Shown: positions 37,650-46,957, numbered from the stretch's first letter. The stretch is DNA of 64,000 nucleotides from Candidatus Peregrinibacteria bacterium (GCA_037447365.1 JBBIGU010000002.1:6678-70677), one strand, 5' to 3'. The notes: a model not told the origin generated them from the sequence alone. Numbers and translations are program-made.

Positions 37650-38690
37650 CTAAATCTCAAATTCTGGAGGGATGCTTGCCATGGCGTCTTCTTCAGTGAT
37701 TAAGTCGGCCTGGAGCAAGTCCATGACGGCTTTTTTCATCGTCTGCATGCCGTCGCGGAGACCGGTTTCGATGGCGGAGTTGATCTGGAATGTTTTTTCT
37801 TTTCGAATCATGTTAGAGATCGCGTTGTTGACGAACATGATTTCGAGAGCGGCGAGACGACCCTTTCGATCCTTTGTTTTGAGAAGGTTCTGCCAGATAA
37901 CTGCTTTCAAACTTTCAGCGAGCTGTGTACGAATTTGATTCTGTTGTGATGGAGGGAAGGCGTCGATGATACGATCGACTGATCGTGCGGCACCACTGGT
38001 ATGCATGGTTGCGAGGACCAAGTGACCTGTTTCCGCAGCTGTGATGGCAAGTCCCATGGTTTCAAGATCACGCATTTCACCGACGATAATAATGTCTGGA
38101 TTTTCACGAACGGAAGCCTTCAAAGCCTTTGCGAAGGATGCGGTGTGGGTTCCAACTTCACGCTGTTCGATCATCGACTTTTTGTTTTCGTGAGTGAACT
38201 CGATTGGATCTTCGATGGTAATGATATGCTTTGATTGCTTTTCGTTGATCTCATTAGCAATGGCTGCGAGTGTTGTCGACTTACCAGAACCTGTTGGACC
38301 GGTGATAATGACGAGACCTTGTTTGAGCTGTGTGATCTGTCGTATTTGCTGTGGAAGTGCAAGCTCGTCGAGACTGTAAACAACTTCCGGAATGATACGA
38401 AAAGCAGCACTGATTCCTTTTCGCTGAACAAACATATTTACACGAAATCGTCCAATGTTCTCAATTTCAAGCGAGAAGTCGAGATCGAGCGTCTGTTCGA
38501 ATTTTTTCTTTTGCACTTCGTTCAATGTCTCAAGCAGATAATCTTCTGCCATTTGTTTTGTGAGAATTGGGTGGTCTTCGACGGCTATGAGATCACCATT
38601 GATACGAAGAATCGGTTTACTTCCTGTTGAGATGAATATATCCGAAGCCTTGTACTGGATAGCTGTGCGGAAAATTTTATCGAGTTTCAT
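37650..38690 (-). CDS. pilT: type IV pilus retraction ATPase PilT
   Basis: 346 aa. Walker A GPTGSGKSTTLAA, IIVGEMRD and His-box LVLATMHTSGA. The size fits PilT rather than PilB. Confidence 0.9.
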   Translation of the reverse strand: MKLDKIFRTAIQYKASDIFISTGSKPILRINGDLIAVEDHPILTKQMAEDYLLETLNEVQKKKFEQTLDLDFSLEIENIGRFRVNMFVQRKGISAAFRIIPEVVYSLDELALPQQIRQITQLKQGLVIITGPTGSGKSTTLAAIANEINEKQSKHIITIEDPIEFTHENKKSMIEQREVGTHTASFAKALKASVRENPDIIIVGEMRDLETMGLAITAAETGHLVLATMHTSGAARSVDRIIDAFPPSQQNQIRTQLAESLKAVIWQNLLKTKDRKGRLAALEIMFVNNAISNMIRKEKTFQINSAIETGLRDGMQTMKKAVMDLLQADLITEEDAMASIPPEFEI

Positions 38691-38833
38691 CGGGGTTGGT
38701 TTTTATTTTTATCTCACTATTGTACCATAAATGCTCATTTTTCTCAAGCTAGAACAGCCTTTATTAATCATACCCCCTTAAAGCTGATAGGTGATTTGAT
38801 ATGTATTCTTTTTTTGAAGCTGAATTTGTCCAA

Positions 38834-39694
38834 TTATCGACGTTTTACCTTTCCGCCAACCGTGTCTGTACTAGTTGGGGTTGATGGGGTTGTGGTATCG
38901 CCACCTGGAGCCGTAATGTCGCCTGTTGGCGGGATTGTCAATCCACCTGTCGTTTCATCGGTTGATACTGGTGGTGTCGCAATTGGTTCGACAGGAGCGG
39001 TTATATCTGGGGTGGTATTTTCAATAGGCAATGTAGATGAGTTTTCGACCTGTTGCTGAATGTCACTTGAAAGTGGCTGACTTGTCGAAAGGAATGTTTT
39101 ATAGAAGAAGAATCCCCCAATAATAGCTACCGCGAGGACTCCTACAAAAATAGCCCATTTTGTATTTTGAGAAAGTCCCTGAACGGTACTGAGCATTGAC
39201 GGTCCTGTTGCCATTTCACCTTTTTCCATTTCCTTTGTGAGCATTTCTGGTGCTGCTGCAGATGTAATCGGTTTGAGAGGGGATAGCGGAGCAGGAGTTG
39301 GTGTAACTGGCGTAGGCTTTGGAGTTGGTGTCACTACTGGAGCTACGGGAGTTGGTTTTGCGACGACAGGTGCTGAAGTTACTGCAGGAGTTGTTGCTGC
39401 TGGAACGGATGCCGGTGTAGCAATAGGTGTTGTTGCGGCAGGCGTTGTTGGTTTGAGATTCATATCTAATTTGAACGCTGCTGGTGCGGGTGTTGCTGGT
39501 GCTGGTGCGGGTGTTGCCACTGTAGTCATAGTTCCGCCAAGTTCTGCGAGCATTTTTTGAGCATCAACATTGCCTGGATCGAAACTTAATAATTCCTGAA
39601 GACCCTTTATAGCCTTATCTTTTTCGCCTTTTGAAACCCAGTCTTTGATATGATCAAAAGCTGCCTGGACGGTTGTTTTAATTGGTTCTGCCAT
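38834..39694 (-). CDS. bitopic membrane protein with a TPR-like N-terminus and Pro/Thr/Ala-rich linkers
   Basis: 286 aa. Helical N-terminal approximately 50 aa, a long PAPAPATPAPAA / TPTPKPTPVTPTP low-complexity tract, one TM helix (WAIFVGVLAVAIIGGFFFY) and a Thr-rich C-terminus. Confidence 0.55.
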   Translation of the reverse strand: MAEPIKTTVQAAFDHIKDWVSKGEKDKAIKGLQELLSFDPGNVDAQKMLAELGGTMTTVATPAPAPATPAPAAFKLDMNLKPTTPAATTPIATPASVPAATTPAVTSAPVVAKPTPVAPVVTPTPKPTPVTPTPAPLSPLKPITSAAAPEMLTKEMEKGEMATGPSMLSTVQGLSQNTKWAIFVGVLAVAIIGGFFFYKTFLSTSQPLSSDIQQQVENSSTLPIENTTPDITAPVEPIATPPVSTDETTGGLTIPPTGDITAPGGDTTTPSTPTSTDTVGGKVKRR

Positions 39695-39736
39695 GGTTTG
39701 AGAAGGTAAAAAGAATAGTGAACACGAATCTAAAGA

Positions 39737-40330
39737 TTAAAATCGTTCGAGATTGAGTTCTTCCATACCGTAATCCTCAGTGCTGTTTCTTGGCAAGACG
39801 TTTTCGATTGCGCCCCACTCACTCTCTTCATTTGCTGGAACAACAAGCGTAACTTTACTTCCAACTTCGCCGCGGAAGTAGGTGACTGATGCGAGGAGAA
39901 CTTTGTAGGTTTTTCCGCTTACAATAACCTTGTACTGACCGTCATCATTGGTGAGAATGCCAATAATGTGCTTACGTTCGATTGGTTTGATCTGCTTATA
40001 AAGGAAGGTTCCATCATCTTTAATAGTAAGTTTCAACACATCACCTGGAACGAGTTTTGATTTGCTGGCGTAATTGGCTGGAACTGGATAGGCTCTTTTG
40101 TCTGGACCAATCATCGTCTGGCCATCAAAAACACCCTCGAGAACATTGGCATCTCCATTCATGCCACTTTCCTGTTCGAGTGATGTAGCCTTTTTTACAT
40201 ATTTAGAACGAGCAGACGGTTTGCTTTCCCCACCGCTTATTTCTGCAAGTAACTGTTGAGCTGATCGAAGGCTTGTTTCTGCGCTTTCGATCATTTCCTG
40301 AATTAACGCTATCTTAGAGTCTTGAGACAT
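39737..40330 (-). CDS. hypothetical protein (197 aa)
   Basis: N-terminal coiled coil, then a beta-rich region (YPVPANYASKSKLVPGDVLKL...). Lies between sbp and the PT-rich protein on the same strand. Confidence 0.55.
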   Translation of the reverse strand: MSQDSKIALIQEMIESAETSLRSAQQLLAEISGGESKPSARSKYVKKATSLEQESGMNGDANVLEGVFDGQTMIGPDKRAYPVPANYASKSKLVPGDVLKLTIKDDGTFLYKQIKPIERKHIIGILTNDDGQYKVIVSGKTYKVLLASVTYFRGEVGSKVTLVVPANEESEWGAIENVLPRNSTEDYGMEELNLERF

Positions 40331-40402
40331 TTGATTTTTGTTTAGGGGAATTTTGTAGCTTTATTATACCTGTTTTTCAGCTTTTCCTCAATTCTCTGCT
40401 CT

Positions 40403-40786
40403 TTACAAAGTTACCTGAATAGTTTCTTCCTTCGATTTCTTTCGTTTTTCGAGCCATCGCTGAAGAAGTGCACGACGCGTAATACCCACATTTGAGAAGA
40501 TTCGGAAGGTGAATACAACGGTTGCTGCGAGATAAAGGTCGAGGCCGAGTTTATCACCAAGGTAGGTAATAACCAGCGCAAGAATAATGTTAAAAAAGAG
40601 TCCTGATATGAAAATGACCGCGTTGTATTGATCTCGAGTGATCTCAGCACGAATAGCGCCAAAGAGCGCATCAAGAATTCCGATCAAAATGACCGCGGAG
40701 AATTTTGTATATATGACCGGAATGGTGACATTGATGCCAAGTCCGAGAAGAATGCCGAGTAAAATTCCGAGGAGAGCCCAAATCAT
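40403..40786 (-). CDS. sbp: small basic membrane protein, Sbp/DUF1290-like
   Basis: 127 aa, four TM helices and a basic tail. It resembles B. subtilis Sbp and occupies the same position after divIB/ftsQ. Confidence 0.55.
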   Translation of the reverse strand: MIWALLGILLGILLGLGINVTIPVIYTKFSAVILIGILDALFGAIRAEITRDQYNAVIFISGLFFNIILALVITYLGDKLGLDLYLAATVVFTFRIFSNVGITRRALLQRWLEKRKKSKEETIQVTL

Positions 40787-40823
40787 GAAACAATATGATG
40801 AATGACTTTGCGTTTATTATATC

Positions 40824-41879
40824 TTACTTTTTTCTTTTGAAAATGACTTTTTCGCCGCTGGTTCCTGTGATCCGTAGATCGATGTAGTTGAGTGGAACTT
40901 TGTAAATGTCTACTGTTGCCATTGCTTTCTTGAGTTTAAGGAATTGTCTTTCATAAGAAATTTGTGTGTCGAGCCAAATGGTGAAGTATTTTTCCGTTTT
41001 GATGTGGAGTTCTCGTGCGTTGATAAGGAATTGTGTTTCCATAATCTTCATACCAAACTTTTCTTCGAAATAGCTTGTTGCCTTTAGAATATAATTCAAA
41101 GTTTCTGCTGTAAGGATTGGTTTTGTTGGATCGAGAACTGGAGTATTGGAAGTTGGATTTTCCGACGGTGTTACTGTTGTTGCTGGTGCTACTGGTGATT
41201 CTGTGGATGTTCCCGAATCTGTCGGTGTTGCTGTTGATGTTGTGGCTTCCGGTGTCGCTGCGTTTGTTTCCGGATTTTTCATTGTTGCCAATGTTTCTAC
41301 CTTTGGAGTTTTGCTGATGATTTTTATGTATGGAAGATTTGGATTTTCAGTATTTCCGTATACTGGCATTCCGACAGCATTAACCATCATTTTTCCAAGT
41401 GTTTTTCCATCAACAACTTGTTCGATATTTGCGACGATAGGGAATTCAGAAAAGTGAATTTGAATTGTTCCTGGTAGAATTTTTTTAGCGGTGATTTGCT
41501 GTAACTCAGGATGATCTTTGTGAATTTGATTTACGATAGTATCTGTATCTGTTGTGAGAATATTTTTCCCTTTTAATGAACTGAAGTATTCTAATATGCT
41601 GTTGTTTTCGTTTTGTAATTCCTCGTACTGAATGTAAATATTTCCAATTTTAAAATATGATGAAAATACGAATACATAGAGTCCTGCTCCAATAATCACG
41701 CATGCTGTGAGCCCAAGAAGTATTCTCTTGATTGTTGTGAGCGATGGCATCGATACGTTTGGAATAGTCATGCTCCTTCGATTTCTCACTCCCGATGATC
41801 TGTTGTTGGTAAGAAGAGGGCCGCGACCATATCGAGTATGGGCTTGTATGTTCCCTCTTCGTTTTCGACTAAAAAACAT
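40824..41879 (-). CDS. ftsQ: cell-division protein FtsQ/DivIB-like
   Basis: 351 aa. Basic N-terminus, one TM helix, a POTRA-like segment (IGNIYIQYEELQNENNSILEYFSSLKGKNIL...LPGTIQIHFSEFPIVANIE) and a Thr/Pro-rich insertion (ATPEATTSTATPTDSGTSTESPVAPATTVTPSENPTSNTP). Confidence 0.6.
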   Translation of the reverse strand: MFFSRKRRGNIQAHTRYGRGPLLTNNRSSGVRNRRSMTIPNVSMPSLTTIKRILLGLTACVIIGAGLYVFVFSSYFKIGNIYIQYEELQNENNSILEYFSSLKGKNILTTDTDTIVNQIHKDHPELQQITAKKILPGTIQIHFSEFPIVANIEQVVDGKTLGKMMVNAVGMPVYGNTENPNLPYIKIISKTPKVETLATMKNPETNAATPEATTSTATPTDSGTSTESPVAPATTVTPSENPTSNTPVLDPTKPILTAETLNYILKATSYFEEKFGMKIMETQFLINARELHIKTEKYFTIWLDTQISYERQFLKLKKAMATVDIYKVPLNYIDLRITGTSGEKVIFKRKK

Positions 41880-42000
41880 GCGGCTATTATAATGGTATGC
41901 AAAAAGTTCGTACAGCTACGGATCTATTTAAAAATAGTCAGGTATGTTATTTGTTACCTGCGTTTGAAATGAGTTTTTGAAATCTTTGCAAGATCTTCAA

Positions 42001-42171
42001 TTATTTAAGCTTGCTAGCCATTTCTGCTTTCTTGGCCTGAGCGTTAGCAAGAATAGAAGCTTTTCGAATACGTGCGAGAGACTTGTTTCGCTTTTTTGCG
42101 TTGCTCGACTTTGGTCGAAGTTTTGGAATATCTGTTACTCCGTGTTTGTGGTTGACGTGTGCGTTAGACAT
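42001..42171 (-). CDS. small highly basic protein (56 aa), absent from the ORF track
   Basis: Hand translation of the minus strand gives MSNAHVNHKHGVTDIPKLRPKSSNAKKRNKSLARIRKASILANAQAKKAEMASKLK, with an ATG start and a TAA stop. Same strand as the ftsQ-like gene, 121 nt upstream of it. Confidence 0.35.
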   Translation of the reverse strand: MSNAHVNHKHGVTDIPKLRPKSSNAKKRNKSLARIRKASILANAQAKKAEMASKLK

Positions 42172-42282
42172 GATGGACGTGGATTACTTTTTGTGTCGGC
42201 ATTGTAAGGTGTGTTTTGTACTATTGTCAATGAAAGGTTGAGGCTTTGTGTGTCTGAGGAGATATTTTTCTAGCTTCGTGGT

Positions 42283-42864
42283 ATGATATTTGTAATGACT
42301 ATATCGAAAAAACAGCTTTGGTTTCTCGTTTTCTTGGGATTTTCTATGTCGCTCCTTGCTTTGCGGATTGATCTCCATGATTTTGTAGAAACTCCTTGGT
42401 ATTTGTGGCCCTGGGTTCCGATTTGTTCCATATACCCACTGTTTTTAGCTTTGAATTATCTTTATTTCTTGCGATTTGGGAGGTTTCTCCAATTTCTTCT
42501 GTATTTTACGATTTTTGGAATAATCGGTTATGGAATTATTGCACCCATTTTTTACATCCTATACATGATGGAGTCTGGCTTTTCCTGGTATGAATCTGGA
42601 AATATTTTTTGGGTTTGGTTGTATGCGAGTCAGGCTTTTCTGCTTTGGCCGTACCGTAGGCAGCTTCCTTGGTGGCAGATTTTTTTGATTGGCGGGTATT
42701 TTTTCGTAAAAGATATTCTTGACCGATTTAGTATTACATGGTCTTATGTGAGATTCCGAGTGTTGTCAGGCGATCTTATGAATATTGTTTTTTGTTTACT
42801 TGTAGTCATTCATATCGGATTGCTCTTTGTTTTTCTGTATCAATCGTTTCGACATCATAAATAA
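42283..42864 (+). CDS. polytopic membrane protein (possibly DUF1405-like)
   Basis: 193 aa, five to six hydrophobic helices rich in Trp/Tyr/Phe. An alternative ATG lies at 42295, just downstream of a TGgTATGAT element. Confidence 0.5.
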   Translation: MIFVMTISKKQLWFLVFLGFSMSLLALRIDLHDFVETPWYLWPWVPICSIYPLFLALNYLYFLRFGRFLQFLLYFTIFGIIGYGIIAPIFYILYMMESGFSWYESGNIFWVWLYASQAFLLWPYRRQLPWWQIFLIGGYFFVKDILDRFSITWSYVRFRVLSGDLMNIVFCLLVVIHIGLLFVFLYQSFRHHK

Positions 42865-42969
42865 TCTTCTACTATAGGTGTCTCTTTTGGGAATTTTTCT
42901 TTTGTTGTATATATTCATACTGTGTGGTAGGGTATTCCACGGTTTTTTATTTGATATCTATCTGTACTG

Positions 42970-43872
42970 ATGATTTTGTCTTACGCTAAGCTTTATCCGA
43001 TGGGTAATAGTACTGTTTTAATTGATTCTTTGAAGAATGAAGTTACTCCTAATATGTTCAAAACGGTCGCCTCTCTCGTCATGCAGGAAAAATATATTCC
43101 ATGCGAACAAGTTGGATTTGTATGTCCACCTCGTCGCCCAGAGCATGTTTCTCGACTTGAGATGATGGGTGGTGAACTCTGCGTTAATGCACTTAGAACT
43201 CTTGGATATCTTCATCATATGCGAACAGGGCAGAGAACGTTCTTGGTTGAATCTTCAGGATCCGATCAGTCTTTTTCTCTTAAGGTAACTCCTGACGATC
43301 TTGTTTCTCTGAATTTTGATATGAATTTTCAGCACATTTCGCTTTCTGAAAATCTTAGTCTTATTAATCTTCAGGGTATCTCTCATTTTGTTGAGAAATT
43401 TCTTGATGTTGACATCATTACTCAAGAATATATCGTAAAGCGTCATGAATTCCTTCGTAAGGAGTATGCTCGGTATGTTCAGCATCCTGGTGCGGTTGGT
43501 TATATTCCATATGATCAAAAGGATATTATCAAGATTGTTCCTTATATTTACATTGAGGATACCAATACGAGAATTTTTGAGACCGCCTGTGGTTCCGGTT
43601 CTATTGCTGTTGCTGTTCGTGAACATACTCTCTTTAAGAAGACAGAAGTTTCTTTTATTCGACAGCCAAGCTCAGAGATTTTTCAATTATATGTTTTTGA
43701 GTTGGCACCAAATAATTTTCACGTTGATATTACAAGTGACGTGAATCTTGTTTCCCAAGGTCAGATTTTTCTTTCTGAAAAGGAATTGGGCTTGTCAGCA
43801 AACAGAGCATCTTACTTGAAGGAGAGTACGGCTTCGTCAATGCTCGAAAATGTTTCCTGTTTGCGCTCTTGA
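42970..43872 (+). CDS. DapF-fold epimerase/racemase-like protein
   Basis: 300 aa. N-terminus LYPMGNSTVLID. Two pseudo-symmetric halves carry GGELCVNALR and ETACGSGSIA at the positions of the two catalytic Cys of diaminopimelate epimerase. Confidence 0.5.
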   Translation: MILSYAKLYPMGNSTVLIDSLKNEVTPNMFKTVASLVMQEKYIPCEQVGFVCPPRRPEHVSRLEMMGGELCVNALRTLGYLHHMRTGQRTFLVESSGSDQSFSLKVTPDDLVSLNFDMNFQHISLSENLSLINLQGISHFVEKFLDVDIITQEYIVKRHEFLRKEYARYVQHPGAVGYIPYDQKDIIKIVPYIYIEDTNTRIFETACGSGSIAVAVREHTLFKKTEVSFIRQPSSEIFQLYVFELAPNNFHVDITSDVNLVSQGQIFLSEKELGLSANRASYLKESTASSMLENVSCLRS

Positions 43873-45149
43873 AGATTCTTGATTGTATATCCATTTTCCC
43901 CTTTGGCTCCTTCTATCATCACCATGTAGCCAATGCCTCGTTTCGATGCGTCTTCAAGTTGCTTTCCAATTTTTTTGTTTCCATCAAAGTAGACTTCAGT
44001 ATTGAAGCCTGCTTTTCGGAATGCTTGCGCTACCTTGTTACCTGTAGCTCGCTGCTCTTCTCCGAAAAGCCCGATCATTACATCGGTTACCGATTGTTTT
44101 TCAAATGAAAGAAGTTTTTCTTGTTTTATGATGCTTAATAGTCTCGAGAGGCCGATAGAAATTCCTACACCAGGAAGGTTTTTGTTTATGAATTTGCTTG
44201 CCAGATTAGCATAGCGTCCTCCTGAACAAATACTTCCGTATTTTTCGAGACCATCGAGCGTTGTCTCATATACCGATCCTGTGTAATAGTTGAGTCCTCG
44301 TGCGATCTTTGGATTGAAAACAATCTTTCCTCTTTTTGTTGTTGAGTCTTTGAGGAGGGTTCCAATTGCCTGCAATTCCACTTTTCCTTCTTCGAGAAGG
44401 GGATTGGTTCCCTTAATATTTTTTAAGAATATTTCAATTTCGCTGATCGGAACTTTTGTATCAATTATCGTTACAAACTCATTTGCTGCTTCAGCGCTGA
44501 GGCCTAATTCCGTCTTCAGACCTGTTCGAGTTGCAGCAATTCCAACTTTATCTGTCTTATCGATAATTCGAAGTGCGTCACTTATTTGATCATCTTTTAT
44601 TCCAAAAATTTGGAGGAGTCCTTGGAGAAATTTTCTGTGATTGATGTGGATGGTGAAGTTTCCAATATTTATTCCTTCAAAAACTTCTTGTACGGCCGAA
44701 ACAACTTCTGCGTCGTAGTGAAGAGGTAGGTCGTCGATTCCAATAACATCAATATCTGCTTGATAAAACTCCCTAAATCGTCCTTTTTGAGGGCGCTCTC
44801 CTCTCCATACTTTTTGAATTTGAGATCGTTTAAATGGAAATCGGAGTTCATTGAAGTGTTCTGCTGTATATCGTGCAAAAGGCACAGTAAGATCAAAGCG
44901 AAGTCCGCGCTCTACTTCTTGAGCGTCGTCTCCTTCTGCTGCTGCTCTTTTGATGCCATATACTTCTTTTTTAATCACGCCATCTTCATTTTCGAGAGTT
45001 TCCATGTTTTCAACTGCGGGTGTTTCAATCGGAGTGTAGCCATAGCTTGCATATACCATTTCCATTATTCCTCTGATGCGATTTTCTACTAATTGTTCCG
45101 ATGGAAGATTTTCCGGAAAACCACCGGGAGCACGCGATTTATCTGACAT
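43812..45149 (-). CDS. hisS: histidyl-tRNA synthetase
   Basis: 445 aa. Class II motif 2 FREFYQADIDVIG, motif 3 GGRYANL and a C-terminal anticodon-binding domain. Confidence 0.9.
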   Translation of the reverse strand: MSDKSRAPGGFPENLPSEQLVENRIRGIMEMVYASYGYTPIETPAVENMETLENEDGVIKKEVYGIKRAAAEGDDAQEVERGLRFDLTVPFARYTAEHFNELRFPFKRSQIQKVWRGERPQKGRFREFYQADIDVIGIDDLPLHYDAEVVSAVQEVFEGINIGNFTIHINHRKFLQGLLQIFGIKDDQISDALRIIDKTDKVGIAATRTGLKTELGLSAEAANEFVTIIDTKVPISEIEIFLKNIKGTNPLLEEGKVELQAIGTLLKDSTTKRGKIVFNPKIARGLNYYTGSVYETTLDGLEKYGSICSGGRYANLASKFINKNLPGVGISIGLSRLLSIIKQEKLLSFEKQSVTDVMIGLFGEEQRATGNKVAQAFRKAGFNTEVYFDGNKKIGKQLEDASKRGIGYMVMIEGAKGENGYTIKNLQERKQETFSSIDEAVLSFK

Positions 45150-45385
45150 GGATGGGGGTATTAAAAATGTGTTGAATGATAGATGCCTCTGCTTGTGAGT
45201 ATCATTACTCTCAATTTGCTTTCAGTCAAACCTTTTTGTTGGTTTTTTAGCTTTGTTTTTGTGATTTTACGCGTCTTTGGAATTGCTTTTTTATATGTTT
45301 CAGGTAATCTTGTCGACACTTAATAATTATTTATTTTCTTGTCAAGATAGTCGGCCTGGAAGCGAATATATTTTATATTTTTTGA

Positions 45386-46957
45386 ATGAGTGACTCGTCA
45401 TTTTCATCTTCTACTCCTTTAACCACTACTCCTTCTTCAACATTAACTCCCCAAATTTTTGATCGTCTTATTAAATCTATTTTAGATCGGAAGCCCGTTT
45501 TAAAAGATATTATGATTGAGTATGGGGATTCTCCGATGATTGAGTATGCCAGACGGCATCTTACGAATCCTGTTGAATGTGTTTTTCCAGAGCGAGCTCC
45601 GGAACTTCTTGAGGTTATTCGAGAGGAGATAGATCGTCTTTTTGGGGCTGATATTGCTGGACGTGCTGTAGCTCAGATGAAAAAGTTTTATAGTGTTTCA
45701 ACAGCTGATCATCATGGACCGATTACGCATTCTTTTTTCTTGAATCCAAATATTCTTTGTGCTGCAGCGTCAGTTGAGGATCCTGCATCTCGAAAAGATT
45801 TTATTGTGACTTTTCCTTGCGCAAATGTTTCTTTCAATAACTCATCGTTTCCTCGTGGAATTCTTTATCACGCTATGAATAAGGGTCGACTTGATATGGG
45901 TCGTCTCGCATTTGTTCCTGCCAAAAATCGTCAAGCAACGTTATATGGTTATCCGGCCTATACTCGTGAAGATGTGAAACGTATATATCAAGATATCGAT
46001 CGACAGGTGACAGAGTTTGGTCTTTCCCGAAAAGTCATGAATGATCTTCGTGGCATTGTTGCTGAGATTTACGATAAAGATGAAATATATGACCAAAAGG
46101 ACTATTCAGATCAGATGACGCTCACAAATTATGCTCTTTGGAAAAAATTCTTTCCTGCTGGTTCAGACGTTCCAGATCTTCTCTATGTTCCTATGGAGAA
46201 TATTGCAGTGAGTGCTTTTTTGAAACATCATATCGATCAGAAAACTATCTTGAGTAAGCTCATTTTTGATGAAGATTATTCAAAAATTATTGCCGAGATT
46301 TTTAATGGGGTTCAAGGTGCTTTTGATTTTACTTCTGGTGCTGGGACTTTTATGTTTTGGGGTTTGTCGGAAGGTAAAAATTATCTTGTATCCTTGCGAC
46401 GAGAGGGGAATTTCTTGGTTGATAAAACAGGTGAATTTCGTGTTGAGCTTACTCCTGCGTCACTTCGAGAGGCTCTTGAAAAAAAACGTATCGCACCGAG
46501 TATGCTGTTCGTGTTTATGGTTCTTGTTTTTTATTATGGACTTCGATGTCTTGGTGGTTTTAGTCAGGTAAACTACCTCACCCACATGAAAGAACAGTGG
46601 GTCAAGTTTTTGACTCGTATTAATGAAACTAGCGACATTTCATCTGTCGAGAAGGTTCAAACTCGTAGTTTTGTGAGCGATATTGGTATTGCCTATATTA
46701 AAGATACTTTAGGTAAAAATTGTCTTGCCTCTGGTATTGACATGATTCTTTATCAAAATCCTGATGCGTGGAATTTACTGAAAAAGGCTGTTACTACTCT
46801 TCCTCTCGCGGAAGGATTTTATGCGCTTTGCGCTGATCTCTATCCTGCAATTTACTCTGTCACTGAGCGGGATCCAGTCCTATCTGCTATTGGCGCTTCC
46901 GATCTTCTTAAATATCTTGAAGTTGAAAAGCGCTGCGAAGCATGTGTAAAAATGTAA
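45386..46957 (+). CDS. hypothetical protein (523 aa), no recognised family
   Basis: Long ATG ORF with a Ser/Thr-rich N-terminus, STADHHGPITHSFF, FPRGILYH, and a hydrophobic segment MLFVFMVLVFYYGLRCLGGFSQVNYL. Followed 95 nt later by the ATP-grasp gene. Confidence 0.6.
   Translation: MSDSSFSSSTPLTTTPSSTLTPQIFDRLIKSILDRKPVLKDIMIEYGDSPMIEYARRHLTNPVECVFPERAPELLEVIREEIDRLFGADIAGRAVAQMKKFYSVSTADHHGPITHSFFLNPNILCAAASVEDPASRKDFIVTFPCANVSFNNSSFPRGILYHAMNKGRLDMGRLAFVPAKNRQATLYGYPAYTREDVKRIYQDIDRQVTEFGLSRKVMNDLRGIVAEIYDKDEIYDQKDYSDQMTLTNYALWKKFFPAGSDVPDLLYVPMENIAVSAFLKHHIDQKTILSKLIFDEDYSKIIAEIFNGVQGAFDFTSGAGTFMFWGLSEGKNYLVSLRREGNFLVDKTGEFRVELTPASLREALEKKRIAPSMLFVFMVLVFYYGLRCLGGFSQVNYLTHMKEQWVKFLTRINETSDISSVEKVQTRSFVSDIGIAYIKDTLGKNCLASGIDMILYQNPDAWNLLKKAVTTLPLAEGFYALCADLYPAIYSVTERDPVLSAIGASDLLKYLEVEKRCEACVKM

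Noticed and set aside
39237-39560. Gly/Ala/Val-rich 107-aa plus-strand ORF, and a similar one at 41146-41457.
   Set aside because: They are mirror images of the Thr/Pro/Ala-rich coding tracts of the minus-strand genes. Repetitive codons keep the antisense frame open. They are not independent genes.
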